Source of the DNA: Candidatus Aminicenantes bacterium
GTDB taxonomy: Bacteria; Acidobacteriota; B3-B38; Guanabaribacteriales; B3-B38
NCBI GenBank assembly: GCA_029880275.1
Contig: JAOUOQ010000001.1
Location: 1 to 40,693, forward strand
DNA length: 40,693 bases
Reading direction: 5' to 3'
The position numbers and the translations under genes are program-made. Below are positions 1-8,949 of this stretch, piece by piece. The notes under the pieces were generated by a model. That model saw only the letters and a list, made by a program, of their open reading frames with translations, was not told where the DNA came from and made no database searches. Positions within the stretch are counted from its first letter, which is position 1, and each line of letters begins with the position of its first letter.

Positions 1-141
1 CTTCCTCAACTCCCTCCCCCCCTGCCACCTCATCAAAGGAACAAAGGAACAGGTAATCAAAGCCTTAACCAAATTTTTCAGATGAAAAACCTCCTGAAAA
101 TGAGCTATAATAATAAGTGATAACCGTTTTATGTTGAGGGA

Positions 142-636
142 ATGATAATGGTGATAGTCATTAAATTCAGAAAAAAATTCTGGCGGCGGATAACTTTCAC
201 TTTGCCGCTGCTGACCGTGGTGCTTCTCTGGGCGGTAATGTTTGCCGGGCAGACCGAGGTAGAGCGGTTCGCCAGCCCTTCGGCGGCGTTCGAGTGGTAT
301 AAGGACTGCGCCCGCCGGGGCGACACCAGGGGTTATGTGGAGTGCCTCACAGCGGAGTCTAAAGAACTCATAGGGAGCCCTCCACCGCCGGCGGATTTAC
401 TCAAGCAGGAATACCAGTTTCTGGCTGAAAAGAAATACAAGGTTGAGCTCAGCGAGGAGTGGGCGATAATCATCTTCCTGGACGATACTCAAAAAGAGCC
501 CCCTTACCTACTCAAGCAGGAAGATAACCGGTGGAAGATAGACCTTGTAGGGATGAGCGAAAGCATTTTATTTGATGAAAACCAGCACTGGTATATCAAG
601 GGGAAAAGCGAGGTTATCAACCCTCCCGCAGGTTAA
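142..636 (+). CDS. hypothetical membrane-anchored protein
   Basis: 164-aa ORF. Basic N-terminus (KFRKKFWRR), then one hydrophobic helix (ITFTLPLLTVVLLWAVMFAG) and a soluble domain. No family recognised. Start ATG 142 versus 148 cannot be resolved. Confidence 0.55.
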   Translation: MIMVIVIKFRKKFWRRITFTLPLLTVVLLWAVMFAGQTEVERFASPSAAFEWYKDCARRGDTRGYVECLTAESKELIGSPPPPADLLKQEYQFLAEKKYKVELSEEWAIIIFLDDTQKEPPYLLKQEDNRWKIDLVGMSESILFDENQHWYIKGKSEVINPPAG

Positions 637-1258
637 AGGGAATCAACAAAAAGGATACAGGTTCTTGTTTGAAGGAATAATCTTTGACCTGGACGGGACA
701 GTCACCAAGCCCTACATAGATTTTCCTGAGCTGAAGCGGAAGATCGGCATCCCTCCCGACCAGCTCATTCTGGAGCACATGGCGACCCTGGAAGGTGCCC
801 AACTGGAGCGCGCCGACCGCATACTGGAGGACTGCGAGCGAGAGGCGGCGGAGAACTCCGTGCTCAACGACCACTTCCGGGAGGTGTGGTCTTATCTGAA
901 AAAGCAGGGGATAAAAACCGCCATCCTCACCCGCAACTCCCGCACCTGCGTGGACATGGTGATGCGAAAGCACCGCCTTTCCTTTGACCTGGTGGTCACC
1001 CGAGAGGACGCCCCACCCAAACCCTCGGAGGCTCCGGTGCTGCTTATAAGCCAAAGGCTCAGCATACCCCCTGATAAGCTCCTCCTCATCGGGGATGTCA
1101 AATACGATATCTGGGCGGGCAAAGCCGCCGGAGTGAAGACCGTGCTCCTCACCAATGGCAAGGAGCCCGACCCCTCGGCAGGGGCTGACTGGACTATAAA
1201 CTCCTTCCATGAGCTTATTCCCATTCTGGAGAAAGAGAGGCAAAAACAGGAGGGCTAA
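572..1258 (+). CDS. HAD-superfamily hydrolase (phosphatase-like)
   Basis: HAD motif I IIFDLDGTVT, motif II AILTRNS, and motifs III/IV PPKPS...IGDVKYDIWAGKAAG. The ORF as drawn overlaps the upstream gene by 65 nt. The real start is probably the in-frame TTG at 665, which has AAAGGA about 9 nt upstream. Confidence 0.85.
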   Translation: MMKTSTGISRGKARLSTLPQVKGNQQKGYRFLFEGIIFDLDGTVTKPYIDFPELKRKIGIPPDQLILEHMATLEGAQLERADRILEDCEREAAENSVLNDHFREVWSYLKKQGIKTAILTRNSRTCVDMVMRKHRLSFDLVVTREDAPPKPSEAPVLLISQRLSIPPDKLLLIGDVKYDIWAGKAAGVKTVLLTNGKEPDPSAGADWTINSFHELIPILEKERQKQEG

Positions 1259-2001
1259 GGGCTCAACCTCTTTATCTCCTCCACTATGCGGTGGAGAATC
1301 TCACTCGCCTTTCCTTTGATAAAGATGTCGCTCACCTCATAGGTGAGGCGGCTTTCTTCGGGGTTTATCTCTATGATAATGGCGTTATGCTGTCTGGCAA
1401 GGACGGGCATCAGGGAAGCGGGAAAAATCTGGACGGAGGTGCCAATCACCAGCATGCAACCGCACTGCTGGCTCTTTTCCACCGCCTGCTGGTAGGCATC
1501 GTGGGGGAGGGATTCGTGAAAGAAGACCACATCCGGGCGGAGTATCCCCCCGCACCGGCAGCGAGGGGGAATCTCCTCGATAAGACTCTGGCTCACCCGG
1601 TGCCTCTTGCCGCACTTCAGGCAGATTAGCCAGCGGTTATTTCCGTGCAGCTCAATAACCTGTTGACTGCCCGCCCTCTGATGCAGGCTGTCTATATTCT
1701 GGGTAATGACTACGGACAGATGCCCCATAGCTTCCAGCTCCGCCAGAGCTATATGAGCGAGGTTAGGCTGAGCCTCCATAGTAATCTGGGCGAACTCCTT
1801 CAGCATCTTCCATACCCTGGCGGGGTTCTCCATAAAGGCATGGATGGTGGCATACTCCTCGGGGTTGTATCTGGACCAGATTCCATCCTTTCCTCTAAAG
1901 GTGGCGATGCCGCTCTCAGCCGATATGCCAGCCCCCGTGAGGGCAATTACCGGGGGGTAGCCTTTTATGATGGCAGCCGCCCGCCTTATTAAATCCTCCA
2001 T
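1255..2001 (-). CDS. cobB: NAD-dependent protein deacylase, Sir2/sirtuin family
   Basis: Canonical sirtuin motifs GAGISAESGIATFRG, TQNIDSLHQRAG, ELHGN and GTSVQIFPA, plus an intact zinc ribbon CLKCG...CRCGG. Confidence 0.92.
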   Translation of the reverse strand: MEDLIRRAAAIIKGYPPVIALTGAGISAESGIATFRGKDGIWSRYNPEEYATIHAFMENPARVWKMLKEFAQITMEAQPNLAHIALAELEAMGHLSVVITQNIDSLHQRAGSQQVIELHGNNRWLICLKCGKRHRVSQSLIEEIPPRCRCGGILRPDVVFFHESLPHDAYQQAVEKSQQCGCMLVIGTSVQIFPASLMPVLARQHNAIIIEINPEESRLTYEVSDIFIKGKASEILHRIVEEIKRLSP

Positions 2002-2003
2002 AA

Positions 2004-2567
2004 TTACACCGTTTTACCTGCTAAAAGCGATAGTATCCGCAGAACCTCCTTTTTGATAACCAGAGGGTCATTCACTTCGGGGCGGAGTTTCCATAGATGC
2101 TCCCTGCCAACTGGAGACTCTCCCGACTCATAAAGCTTCTGCCAGAGAAGGGCTGCCTCCCCACCGGTGCACGCTATGGGGATGAGGGGCTTTCCCTCCC
2201 CAACGGCGAAGCTTATCTCCTGACGGGTCCCCTCCCCACCCCCGATGACGATAAATATATCGGCTATTTTCACCAGCTCCCTGCGGCGTTCTTCCCAGTT
2301 TTTGCCCCGATGGAGGGTACGCCCGTAGGGATGGCTCGGCTGGAAACCGTGAGGCACCACAGAGGTTATGCGGTCAAGGGGGGGTTCACCCATGTTTTGT
2401 AGATGCCGATAAGCTCCCCGGGAAGCCTCCTCCCCTGCCCCGGAAACTCCTCCGGTGAATAGCTGGTATCCATGGGCTGCGATAGCATCGCCTAAAGCAT
2501 AGGCAATCAGAGATGCTTTTCGGGATGACAATTTCCTCCCACCGAGAACCGCTATTTTAGGGGTCAT
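2004..2567 (-). CDS. LOG/SLOG-superfamily Rossmann protein (TIGR00725-like)
   Basis: KIAVLGG..., FTGGVSGAGEEASRGA and VIGGGEGTRQEISFAV...KPLIPI resemble LOG/DprA-like nucleotide-binding proteins. Start set at ATG 2565-2567, which overlaps the upstream stop as ATGA. The longer ORF-track start (2678) lies inside the upstream gene. Confidence 0.7.
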   Translation of the reverse strand: MTPKIAVLGGRKLSSRKASLIAYALGDAIAAHGYQLFTGGVSGAGEEASRGAYRHLQNMGEPPLDRITSVVPHGFQPSHPYGRTLHRGKNWEERRRELVKIADIFIVIGGGEGTRQEISFAVGEGKPLIPIACTGGEAALLWQKLYESGESPVGREHLWKLRPEVNDPLVIKKEVLRILSLLAGKTV

Positions 2568-3187
2568 CTCCCTAAGGGATGCCAGAAAATAAATAATAGC
2601 AAAACAATAAAGAGAATAAGAAAGCCTCGGCGATATTTTCCCCGTCGCAGCAGAAAATTGATCGCCAGGTAAAAGCAAAAGAACTCCCCGGTAATAAGGT
2701 AAAGAGGGAAGCTTACTTTATAGTAAGCCGCCTTCTCCTCACCAGATAGAAGGAGGACAAAGGGAGAAAAGATAAAGATGAACAACAGGGCTCCCAGAAA
2801 TGACCAATCAACAAGAGAGTTGAAGAGAACAAAGGAGCTTCTGTTTAGCACAAGCCCAACAATGAGAAATAGCGCAGCCATTATGGTAAAGAGCAAAGGG
2901 GGTTTAAGAGAAAATCCCTGCAGGAGGTCAGTAATGAGGGAGAGGCGAAGCGAACGGGAGATGACGAAAATAAACCCCAGACTCATTGCTGCCGTGCCGT
3001 AATCCTTTGCCAGTAGCGCCCCTTTTTTTATTATGAACAAAACCAGAATCAAACATCCTGCCAGGGCTAATCCTATATAATCCTCCTTTAAAAGCTCCCC
3101 TCCCTGGAGACCAAAAGAGAGGAGAGCTGCCGAGAGAGAAGCAAAAAGGAGGAGGTCTATTGCCTTCTTCGCCTTTAAGCTTTCCAT
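2564..3187 (-). CDS. polytopic integral membrane protein, unknown family
   Basis: 207-aa ORF with about six hydrophobic segments. Its stop overlaps the start of the LOG-like gene (ATGA). No family recognised. Confidence 0.6.
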   Translation of the reverse strand: MESLKAKKAIDLLLFASLSAALLSFGLQGGELLKEDYIGLALAGCLILVLFIIKKGALLAKDYGTAAMSLGFIFVISRSLRLSLITDLLQGFSLKPPLLFTIMAALFLIVGLVLNRSSFVLFNSLVDWSFLGALLFIFIFSPFVLLLSGEEKAAYYKVSFPLYLITGEFFCFYLAINFLLRRGKYRRGFLILFIVLLLFIFWHPLGR

Positions 3188-3206
3188 TTCATTCCTTGTG
3201 GGAAAA

Positions 3207-3842
3207 TTATTTAGAGGTGTCAGCTAAACTGGTATACAGCCCTTGCACTGCGTCTATATCCGCTCCCGCTGACTCATAGCAGTAAATGTCGGGGACCTGG
3301 GTTCTCTGCTTATCCTTTACAAAGACATATCTTATCGCCTTATATCCAGACTCTTTTATATCAAACTCGCAGTATTGATCGAAGCCCCCTCCGGGCTTGC
3401 CGCAATTTTTACTGCCCAGAGATACAAATTCTTCGATCATCGATGGGCTAACCCACACCTCCAGAGCCTCGTAAGATACCGATTGATACACCCTGATGTC
3501 ATTTCCCGAACCATCAGCTACCGGCAGAGACATTCGGAGCATGATGCTCCCATCTATGCCCAGCGATACGAAGCCGTAGTAGTTGCGAGATCCGCGAACG
3601 AACTCCCCCGCATTGGGGGGGCCCAGAGCTTCAGAGGGGTCGGTATATCTATTTATCCCCTGGCAGGTTATATTCGCCCCCGCTACCTCTTGCCCATAAA
3701 GATTGTCGACTCTTATGGCTTCTTTGTTGGTAGAAAAGTTTGTGCACCCTGATAAAAAAATTATAAGGAGAATAGCTATTAAGAAGAAATGAAAAGAGGT
3801 CTTCTGAAATTTCTTTCTCCAGTAGTAAAGGTTTTTCTTCAT
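3207..3842 (-). CDS. secreted lipoprotein, unknown function
   Basis: Signal peptide followed by a lipobox (IFLSGC). The mature part is beta-rich with several Cys. No family named. Confidence 0.65.
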   Translation of the reverse strand: MKKNLYYWRKKFQKTSFHFFLIAILLIIFLSGCTNFSTNKEAIRVDNLYGQEVAGANITCQGINRYTDPSEALGPPNAGEFVRGSRNYYGFVSLGIDGSIMLRMSLPVADGSGNDIRVYQSVSYEALEVWVSPSMIEEFVSLGSKNCGKPGGGFDQYCEFDIKESGYKAIRYVFVKDKQRTQVPDIYCYESAGADIDAVQGLYTSLADTSK

Positions 3843-3883
3843 TTTTGTTCTCTCGTACTAATAAAAAGCTTATCATCCGCAGT

Positions 3884-6800
3884 CTACCGGGTTACCAGGG
3901 TAACCGCTCCCTTGCCGAACATCTCCTCCAGCCGGTCTATGAGCTGCTTTGTCGGATTGACCTTAATGTAAGCGTTCGGCTTGATAGATAGTTGGAACTT
4001 CTGAGGTTGCACCAGCTCAAACTTTACCGAACACTCCCCACGGTTCTCTTCCAATAGTCTATGAAGTTCCTGGACGGTCTCCTCTTCCAGCATGGCAAGG
4101 GGTATGGTTATTACCATTCTTTTTGCGCTTCGTTGTCTAATCTCTCTCAGAGGGATAATCTCCGAAGCGAGCAGCTTCGCCTTATCCTCGTCGGCCTCTA
4201 CTTTTCCTTTAACCAGCACCGCTTCGTCAGCCTTGAGAGAAGCCTGGAAGGCTTGAAATGTTTTCGGAAAGACGGTGATCTCTATAGAACCCACCAGATC
4301 CTCCAAGCGGACAATAGCCATCAGCTCACCCGACTTGGTCTTAAGGCGCCTGATGCGGCTGATGACCCCTCCGATGGAGGTGGTCTGGGAATCCATATTC
4401 TGATTGATATCGGCGGTGGTTGAGCTGGAGAACTCCTTCAGCTCGCTCTCAAAGCGAGTCAAGGGATGCCCGGTGATATAAAATCCCAGTGCATCCTTCT
4501 CATACGCCAGCAGCTTTCTTTCCGACCACTCTTCCATATCGGGAATGAGCTGGTTATCGAGCAAGGTTCCTTCCTGGGGCTGGAAGGTGGCAAACATGCT
4601 TATCTGTCCTTTCTCGCGCTCCTTATGGCGCCGCTGTGCGTGCTCTATAGCGCGGTCAACGATTGCGAAGAGCTGGGAGCGGCGGAGACCGAGGGAATCG
4701 AAGGCGCCGGATTTGACGAGGCTTTCTATCACCCTCTTGTTGACCAATCGGAGGTCTACCTCCTCGCAGAATCTGACAAATGAGGTGAACACCCCTAACT
4801 TCTGCCTCGCCTCTAAAATGGAATCAATAGCCGACAGCCCCACATTTTTGATAGCCGCCAGTCCAAACCTGATGCCCTCCTCCACCGCGGTGAAATCAGG
4901 CTGGCTCTCATTGATGTCCGGGGGGAACACCTTTATTCCCATCTCCCGGCACTCGGCAATATGACCGGCAAGCTTGTCTGTGTTTTCCATCTCGCTGGTG
5001 AGCAAAGCTGCCATAAACTGGAGAGGATAATGGGTTTTTAAATATGCCGTCTGATAGGCTAATAGAGCATAGGCGGTGCTGTGCGACTTGTTGAACCCAT
5101 AGCCGGCGAAGTGCTGCATCAAATCGTATATCTTCTGAGCAGTCTTGACCGGGATGTTCTTCTCTTTGGCTCCTTTTAGAAATTTTTCCTTCTGAGCCCT
5201 CATCTCCTCCCGTTTCTTCTTCCCCATAGCGCGACGCAAAATGTCAGCCTCCCCCATAGTGAACCCTGCCAGCTGGCTGGCAATCTGCATAACTTGCTCC
5301 TGATAGACTATCACCCCATGGGTCTCTCCCAGAATCTCCTCCAGTTCGGGGACCTCATAAGTAGTGGCTATCTTCCCATGCTTCCTCCTGATGAACTCAT
5401 CTATCATCCCGCTGCGAATAGGACCGGGGCGATAGAGAGCGTTAAGGGCAATCAGGTCGTCAAATTTTTGAGGATTGAACCTCCTGAGAATGTCCTTCAT
5501 ACCGGAGCTTTCAAACTGGAAGATGCCGGTTGTCCTCCCCTCAGAAAAGAGCCTATAGGTTTTGGAGTCGTCGAGGGGGAGGAGGTCAAGCTCAATTTCT
5601 TTGCCAGTGGTCTCTCTTATATTGTCAATGGTCTCCTTGATCACTGTGAGGGTGCGCAGCCCGAGGAAGTCCATCTTCAACAGGCCAATCTTCTCCAGCT
5701 CCCCCATAGCATACTGGGTAGTTATCTCATTCTTTCCCCCTTTATAAAGGGGAACATACTCGGTGAGAGGAGCGGAGGCGATGACCACCCCGGCAGCATG
5801 GGTGGAGGCGTGCCGGGTCAGCCCTTCCAGCCTGCGGGCGACTGAAAGGAGGGTCTTTACCTCTTCGTCCTTCTTCTCCATCTCTGCTAACTGGGGAACC
5901 TCTTTTACAGCTTTATCTATAGAGCTGTCGGGTTCGTAGGGAATCATCTTGGCAATGGAATCGACTTTGGAATAGGGGATATTCAATCCCCTTCCGGTAT
6001 CCCTTATCACCGCCCGGGCAGCCATGGTGCCGAAGGTTATGATCTGGGACACATTCTCCCGTCCGTAGCGGTTGGTGACATAATCTATCACTTTCCCCCT
6101 CTGCCTCATGCAGAAGTCTATGTCGAAGTCAGGCGAGGAGACCCGCTCGGGATTGAGAAAGCGCTCGAAGAGGAGACCATACTGAAGAGGGTCGATATCG
6201 GTGATGTTCATACAGTAAGCTACCAGGCTGCCAGCACCTGAGCCCCGCCCGGGTCCCACGGGAATACCCTCGCGACGGGCATAGTCAATAAAGTCCCAGA
6301 CAATAAGAAAATAGCTGGAAAAGCCAGTCTGCTTAACCATGAGGATTTCTTCGTCCAGCCTTTTTTTGTATTCGCTCAGGGGCACCTTCAGTCTTCCCTT
6401 GGCATCAAGCTCCTTTAATCTCTCCAGCCTTTTTTCAAATCCCTCACGAGCAATCTTCTCAAAATACTGGTCTGAAGTAGATTCCTCGGGAACATCGTAG
6501 CGAGGGAGATGATATGTAGAGGTATCCAGAAGGAGGTGGCAGCGTCGGGCAATCTCGACAGTATTACGCAGGGCTTCGGGTTGCTCGGCAAACAGCATCC
6601 CCATCTCTTCAGGGGATTTAAAATAGTACTGGTCGTTGGCAAATTTTAGCCTATCCTTATCCTGAACAGTCTTACCGGTCTGAATACAGATCAGGACATC
6701 ATGGGGAAAGGAATCCTCCTGGGTTATGTAGTGGCAATCGTTGGTGGCCACCAGAGGGATGTTCAGATGCTGAGACATGCGGACTAATTCAGAGTTTACC

Positions 6801-7369
6801 CTCTTTTCCTCTTTAAGACCGTGGTCCTGCAGCTCCAGAAAGAAGTTGTCCTGCCCCATTATTTCCCGATACTCACGGGCGCATTGTTCCGCCTTATCTA
6901 TCTCGTTACGCAGAATGTGGCTGGCTATTTCCCCCCTCAAACAGCCGCTCAGGGCTATCAGACCCTTTGAATGCTGGCTGAGGAACTCTTTGTCAATTCT
7001 GGGCTTGTAATAAAAGCCCTTCAAGTAGCCTTCAGTGGACAGCTTGATGAGATTCTTATAGCCCTCGGCGTTCTCCACCAGTAAGATCAGGTGGAAGAAG
7101 GGTTCCTCTCCAGCTTTTATTGGTCCGGTCTTCTCCAAACGGCTCTTGGGAGCCACATACATCTCGCTGCCGATTATGGGCTTTATCCCATTTTCTACAC
7201 ACTTCAAGTAGAAGGGCACTACTCCGAACATATTTCCATGGTCGGTAATAGCGGTGGCGCTCATCCCCTTATCAATGGTATGCTCAATGAGTTCGTTCAG
7301 GCGGATAGCCCCATCCAGGAGGCTGTATTCGGTATGGTTATGCAAATGGACAAAATCTATCTTCGGCAT
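3884..7369 (-). CDS. dnaE: DNA polymerase III alpha subunit
   Basis: PHP domain FVHLHNHTEYSLLDGA, GFNKSHSTAYALLAYQTAYLK, and an OB-fold tail. Start placed at ATG 7367-7369 (MPKIDFVHLH), 2 nt after the guaA stop with GGGAG upstream. The ORF track extends to 7381. Confidence 0.97.
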   Translation of the reverse strand: MPKIDFVHLHNHTEYSLLDGAIRLNELIEHTIDKGMSATAITDHGNMFGVVPFYLKCVENGIKPIIGSEMYVAPKSRLEKTGPIKAGEEPFFHLILLVENAEGYKNLIKLSTEGYLKGFYYKPRIDKEFLSQHSKGLIALSGCLRGEIASHILRNEIDKAEQCAREYREIMGQDNFFLELQDHGLKEEKRVNSELVRMSQHLNIPLVATNDCHYITQEDSFPHDVLICIQTGKTVQDKDRLKFANDQYYFKSPEEMGMLFAEQPEALRNTVEIARRCHLLLDTSTYHLPRYDVPEESTSDQYFEKIAREGFEKRLERLKELDAKGRLKVPLSEYKKRLDEEILMVKQTGFSSYFLIVWDFIDYARREGIPVGPGRGSGAGSLVAYCMNITDIDPLQYGLLFERFLNPERVSSPDFDIDFCMRQRGKVIDYVTNRYGRENVSQIITFGTMAARAVIRDTGRGLNIPYSKVDSIAKMIPYEPDSSIDKAVKEVPQLAEMEKKDEEVKTLLSVARRLEGLTRHASTHAAGVVIASAPLTEYVPLYKGGKNEITTQYAMGELEKIGLLKMDFLGLRTLTVIKETIDNIRETTGKEIELDLLPLDDSKTYRLFSEGRTTGIFQFESSGMKDILRRFNPQKFDDLIALNALYRPGPIRSGMIDEFIRRKHGKIATTYEVPELEEILGETHGVIVYQEQVMQIASQLAGFTMGEADILRRAMGKKKREEMRAQKEKFLKGAKEKNIPVKTAQKIYDLMQHFAGYGFNKSHSTAYALLAYQTAYLKTHYPLQFMAALLTSEMENTDKLAGHIAECREMGIKVFPPDINESQPDFTAVEEGIRFGLAAIKNVGLSAIDSILEARQKLGVFTSFVRFCEEVDLRLVNKRVIESLVKSGAFDSLGLRRSQLFAIVDRAIEHAQRRHKEREKGQISMFATFQPQEGTLLDNQLIPDMEEWSERKLLAYEKDALGFYITGHPLTRFESELKEFSSSTTADINQNMDSQTTSIGGVISRIRRLKTKSGELMAIVRLEDLVGSIEITVFPKTFQAFQASLKADEAVLVKGKVEADEDKAKLLASEIIPLREIRQRSAKRMVITIPLAMLEEETVQELHRLLEENRGECSVKFELVQPQKFQLSIKPNAYIKVNPTKQLIDRLEEMFGKGAVTLVTR

Positions 7370-7371
7370 AT

Positions 7372-8907
7372 TTACTCCCATTCTATTGTACTGGGAGGCT
7401 TAGAGCTTATGTCATAGACCACTCTATTGACCCCTTCAACTTCGTTTACCAGACGGCTGGAAATAGCCTCCAGCATTTGATGAGGCAGACGAGCCCAATC
7501 AGCCGTCATCCCATCCTGGCTGGTGACCGCCCGCAAAGCGACCACATTATGATAAGTGCGCTCATCCCCCATCACCCCTACCGTATGGAGGAGTAAAAGC
7601 ACAGGAAAAGCCTGCCATAGCCTATCCTGCCAGCCAAACTCCTCTACTATCTCCTCTATTATCCGGTCTGCCTGCTGGAGGGTCTTCACTCTAAAGGGAG
7701 TAATCTCTCCCACAATCCTCACTGCCAATCCGGGACCCGGGAAAGGCTGACGGCGAATAAAATAGGGGTCTAATCCCATCTCCCTGGCTAACTCTCTCAC
7801 CTCATCCTTGAACAGCTCCTTAAGGGGCTCAATGAGCTTTAGTTTCATTGTTGAGGGTAACCCCCCGACATTATGATGGGTCTTAATAATGGCTGAGGAG
7901 CCCCGGGAAGACCCGCTTTCTACTACATCGGGATAAAGGGTCCCCTGAGCTAAGAACTTAACTCCACCTATGCGGGCAGCTTCCTCCTCGAAAACCCTGA
8001 TAAACTCTTCTCCGATTATACGCCTTTTCTCCTCCGGGTCAACTACCCCTGCTAATCGGGTGTAAAACCGGCGGGAAGCATCAATATATCTGAGGTTCAT
8101 ATGAAGCTTTTTGCGGAAGTCTTCTATTACCCTATGCGGCTCGCGGTATCGTAATAGACCATTGTTGACAAAAACAGAAACCAATCGTTCCCCTATTGCT
8201 TTATGGACTAACAAAGCAGTTACTGAAGAATCAACCCCACCGCTCAGGGCACAGATGACCTTGGCTTTTTTCACCTGACGGCGGATATTTTCTACCTCTT
8301 CTGCTATGAAGGACTTAGCCGTCCAGCTCTCCCCGCAGTGGCAAATGTCATGCAGAAAGTTCCTGATTATCTCTCGCCCCAAATAGGTGTGCGCCACCTC
8401 TGGATGAAACTGTAATCCATAAAGCCCCTTTTCCCGATTTTCAAAGGCAGCGACAGGTGAAGAGTCGGTAACCGCGGTTATCAGAAATCCAGGGGGTGAA
8501 GTAGCTACCCTGTCGCCATGGCTCATCCACACGGTCAGGGGGGAGGCGAGCCCTTTAAACAGAGGGCTTTCGGTTACAATTCGGAGCTCAGCCCTTCCAT
8601 ACTCCCGGGCTCCTGCCCTCTCCACCAATCCTCCCATATGGTGGGCTATGAGCTGCATTCCATAACATATACCAAGCACCGGGATGCCCGAGGAGAGAAG
8701 CTCTGGTGCCATTTGGCGGGCTTCATGCTCAATGACACTGCTCGGACTCCCCGAAAGGATTATCCCCTTTGGCTGGTGTGTGTTAATGCTGGTAATGGGA
8801 GTGTCGCCGGGGAGGATTTCAGAGTACACATGGCACTCCCTCACCCGGCGGGCAATGAGCTGGGTATACTGAGAGCCAAAATCGAGGATTATAATTTTGT
8901 CCCTCAT
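7372..8907 (-). CDS. guaA: GMP synthase (glutamine-hydrolysing)
   Basis: ILDFGSQYTQLIARRVRE, GICYGMQL, PP-loop SGGVDSSV, and C-terminal PPSTIEWE. The ATG at 8907 has a GGAGAG RBS. The GTG at 8922 has none. Confidence 0.97.
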   Translation of the reverse strand: MRDKIIILDFGSQYTQLIARRVRECHVYSEILPGDTPITSINTHQPKGIILSGSPSSVIEHEARQMAPELLSSGIPVLGICYGMQLIAHHMGGLVERAGAREYGRAELRIVTESPLFKGLASPLTVWMSHGDRVATSPPGFLITAVTDSSPVAAFENREKGLYGLQFHPEVAHTYLGREIIRNFLHDICHCGESWTAKSFIAEEVENIRRQVKKAKVICALSGGVDSSVTALLVHKAIGERLVSVFVNNGLLRYREPHRVIEDFRKKLHMNLRYIDASRRFYTRLAGVVDPEEKRRIIGEEFIRVFEEEAARIGGVKFLAQGTLYPDVVESGSSRGSSAIIKTHHNVGGLPSTMKLKLIEPLKELFKDEVRELAREMGLDPYFIRRQPFPGPGLAVRIVGEITPFRVKTLQQADRIIEEIVEEFGWQDRLWQAFPVLLLLHTVGVMGDERTYHNVVALRAVTSQDGMTADWARLPHQMLEAISSRLVNEVEGVNRVVYDISSKPPSTIEWE

Positions 8908-8949
8908 CCTATTTCTCTCCACCCATTAGAATAATTCTAACAAAAAGAG

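Noticed and set aside
1-84. Frame 1 is open from the window edge to a TGA at 82-84 (LPQLPPPCHLIKGTKEQVIKALTKFFR), possibly the 3' end of an upstream gene.
   Set aside because: It covers only 27 codons and has no recognisable motif. The evidence is too weak to call a CDS.
617-1243. Long antisense or alternative-frame ORFs inside well-supported genes (617-1243 -, 5294-5845 +, 11301-11879 +, 29627-30196 +, 39055-39726 +, 39929-40489 -).
   Set aside because: Each lies wholly within a gene that has clear family motifs. Their translations are low-complexity and Arg/Gly/Pro- or Leu-rich, typical of shadow ORFs, and they have no RBS or recognisable domains.
1255-2001. Sirtuin read as a Thoeris/DSR-type antiphage NADase effector.
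   Set aside because: All classical deacylase motifs and the zinc ribbon are intact, and the size (248 aa) matches CobB-type housekeeping sirtuins. No TIR or other sensor gene is adjacent. It is kept only as a low-weight hypothesis in the findings.
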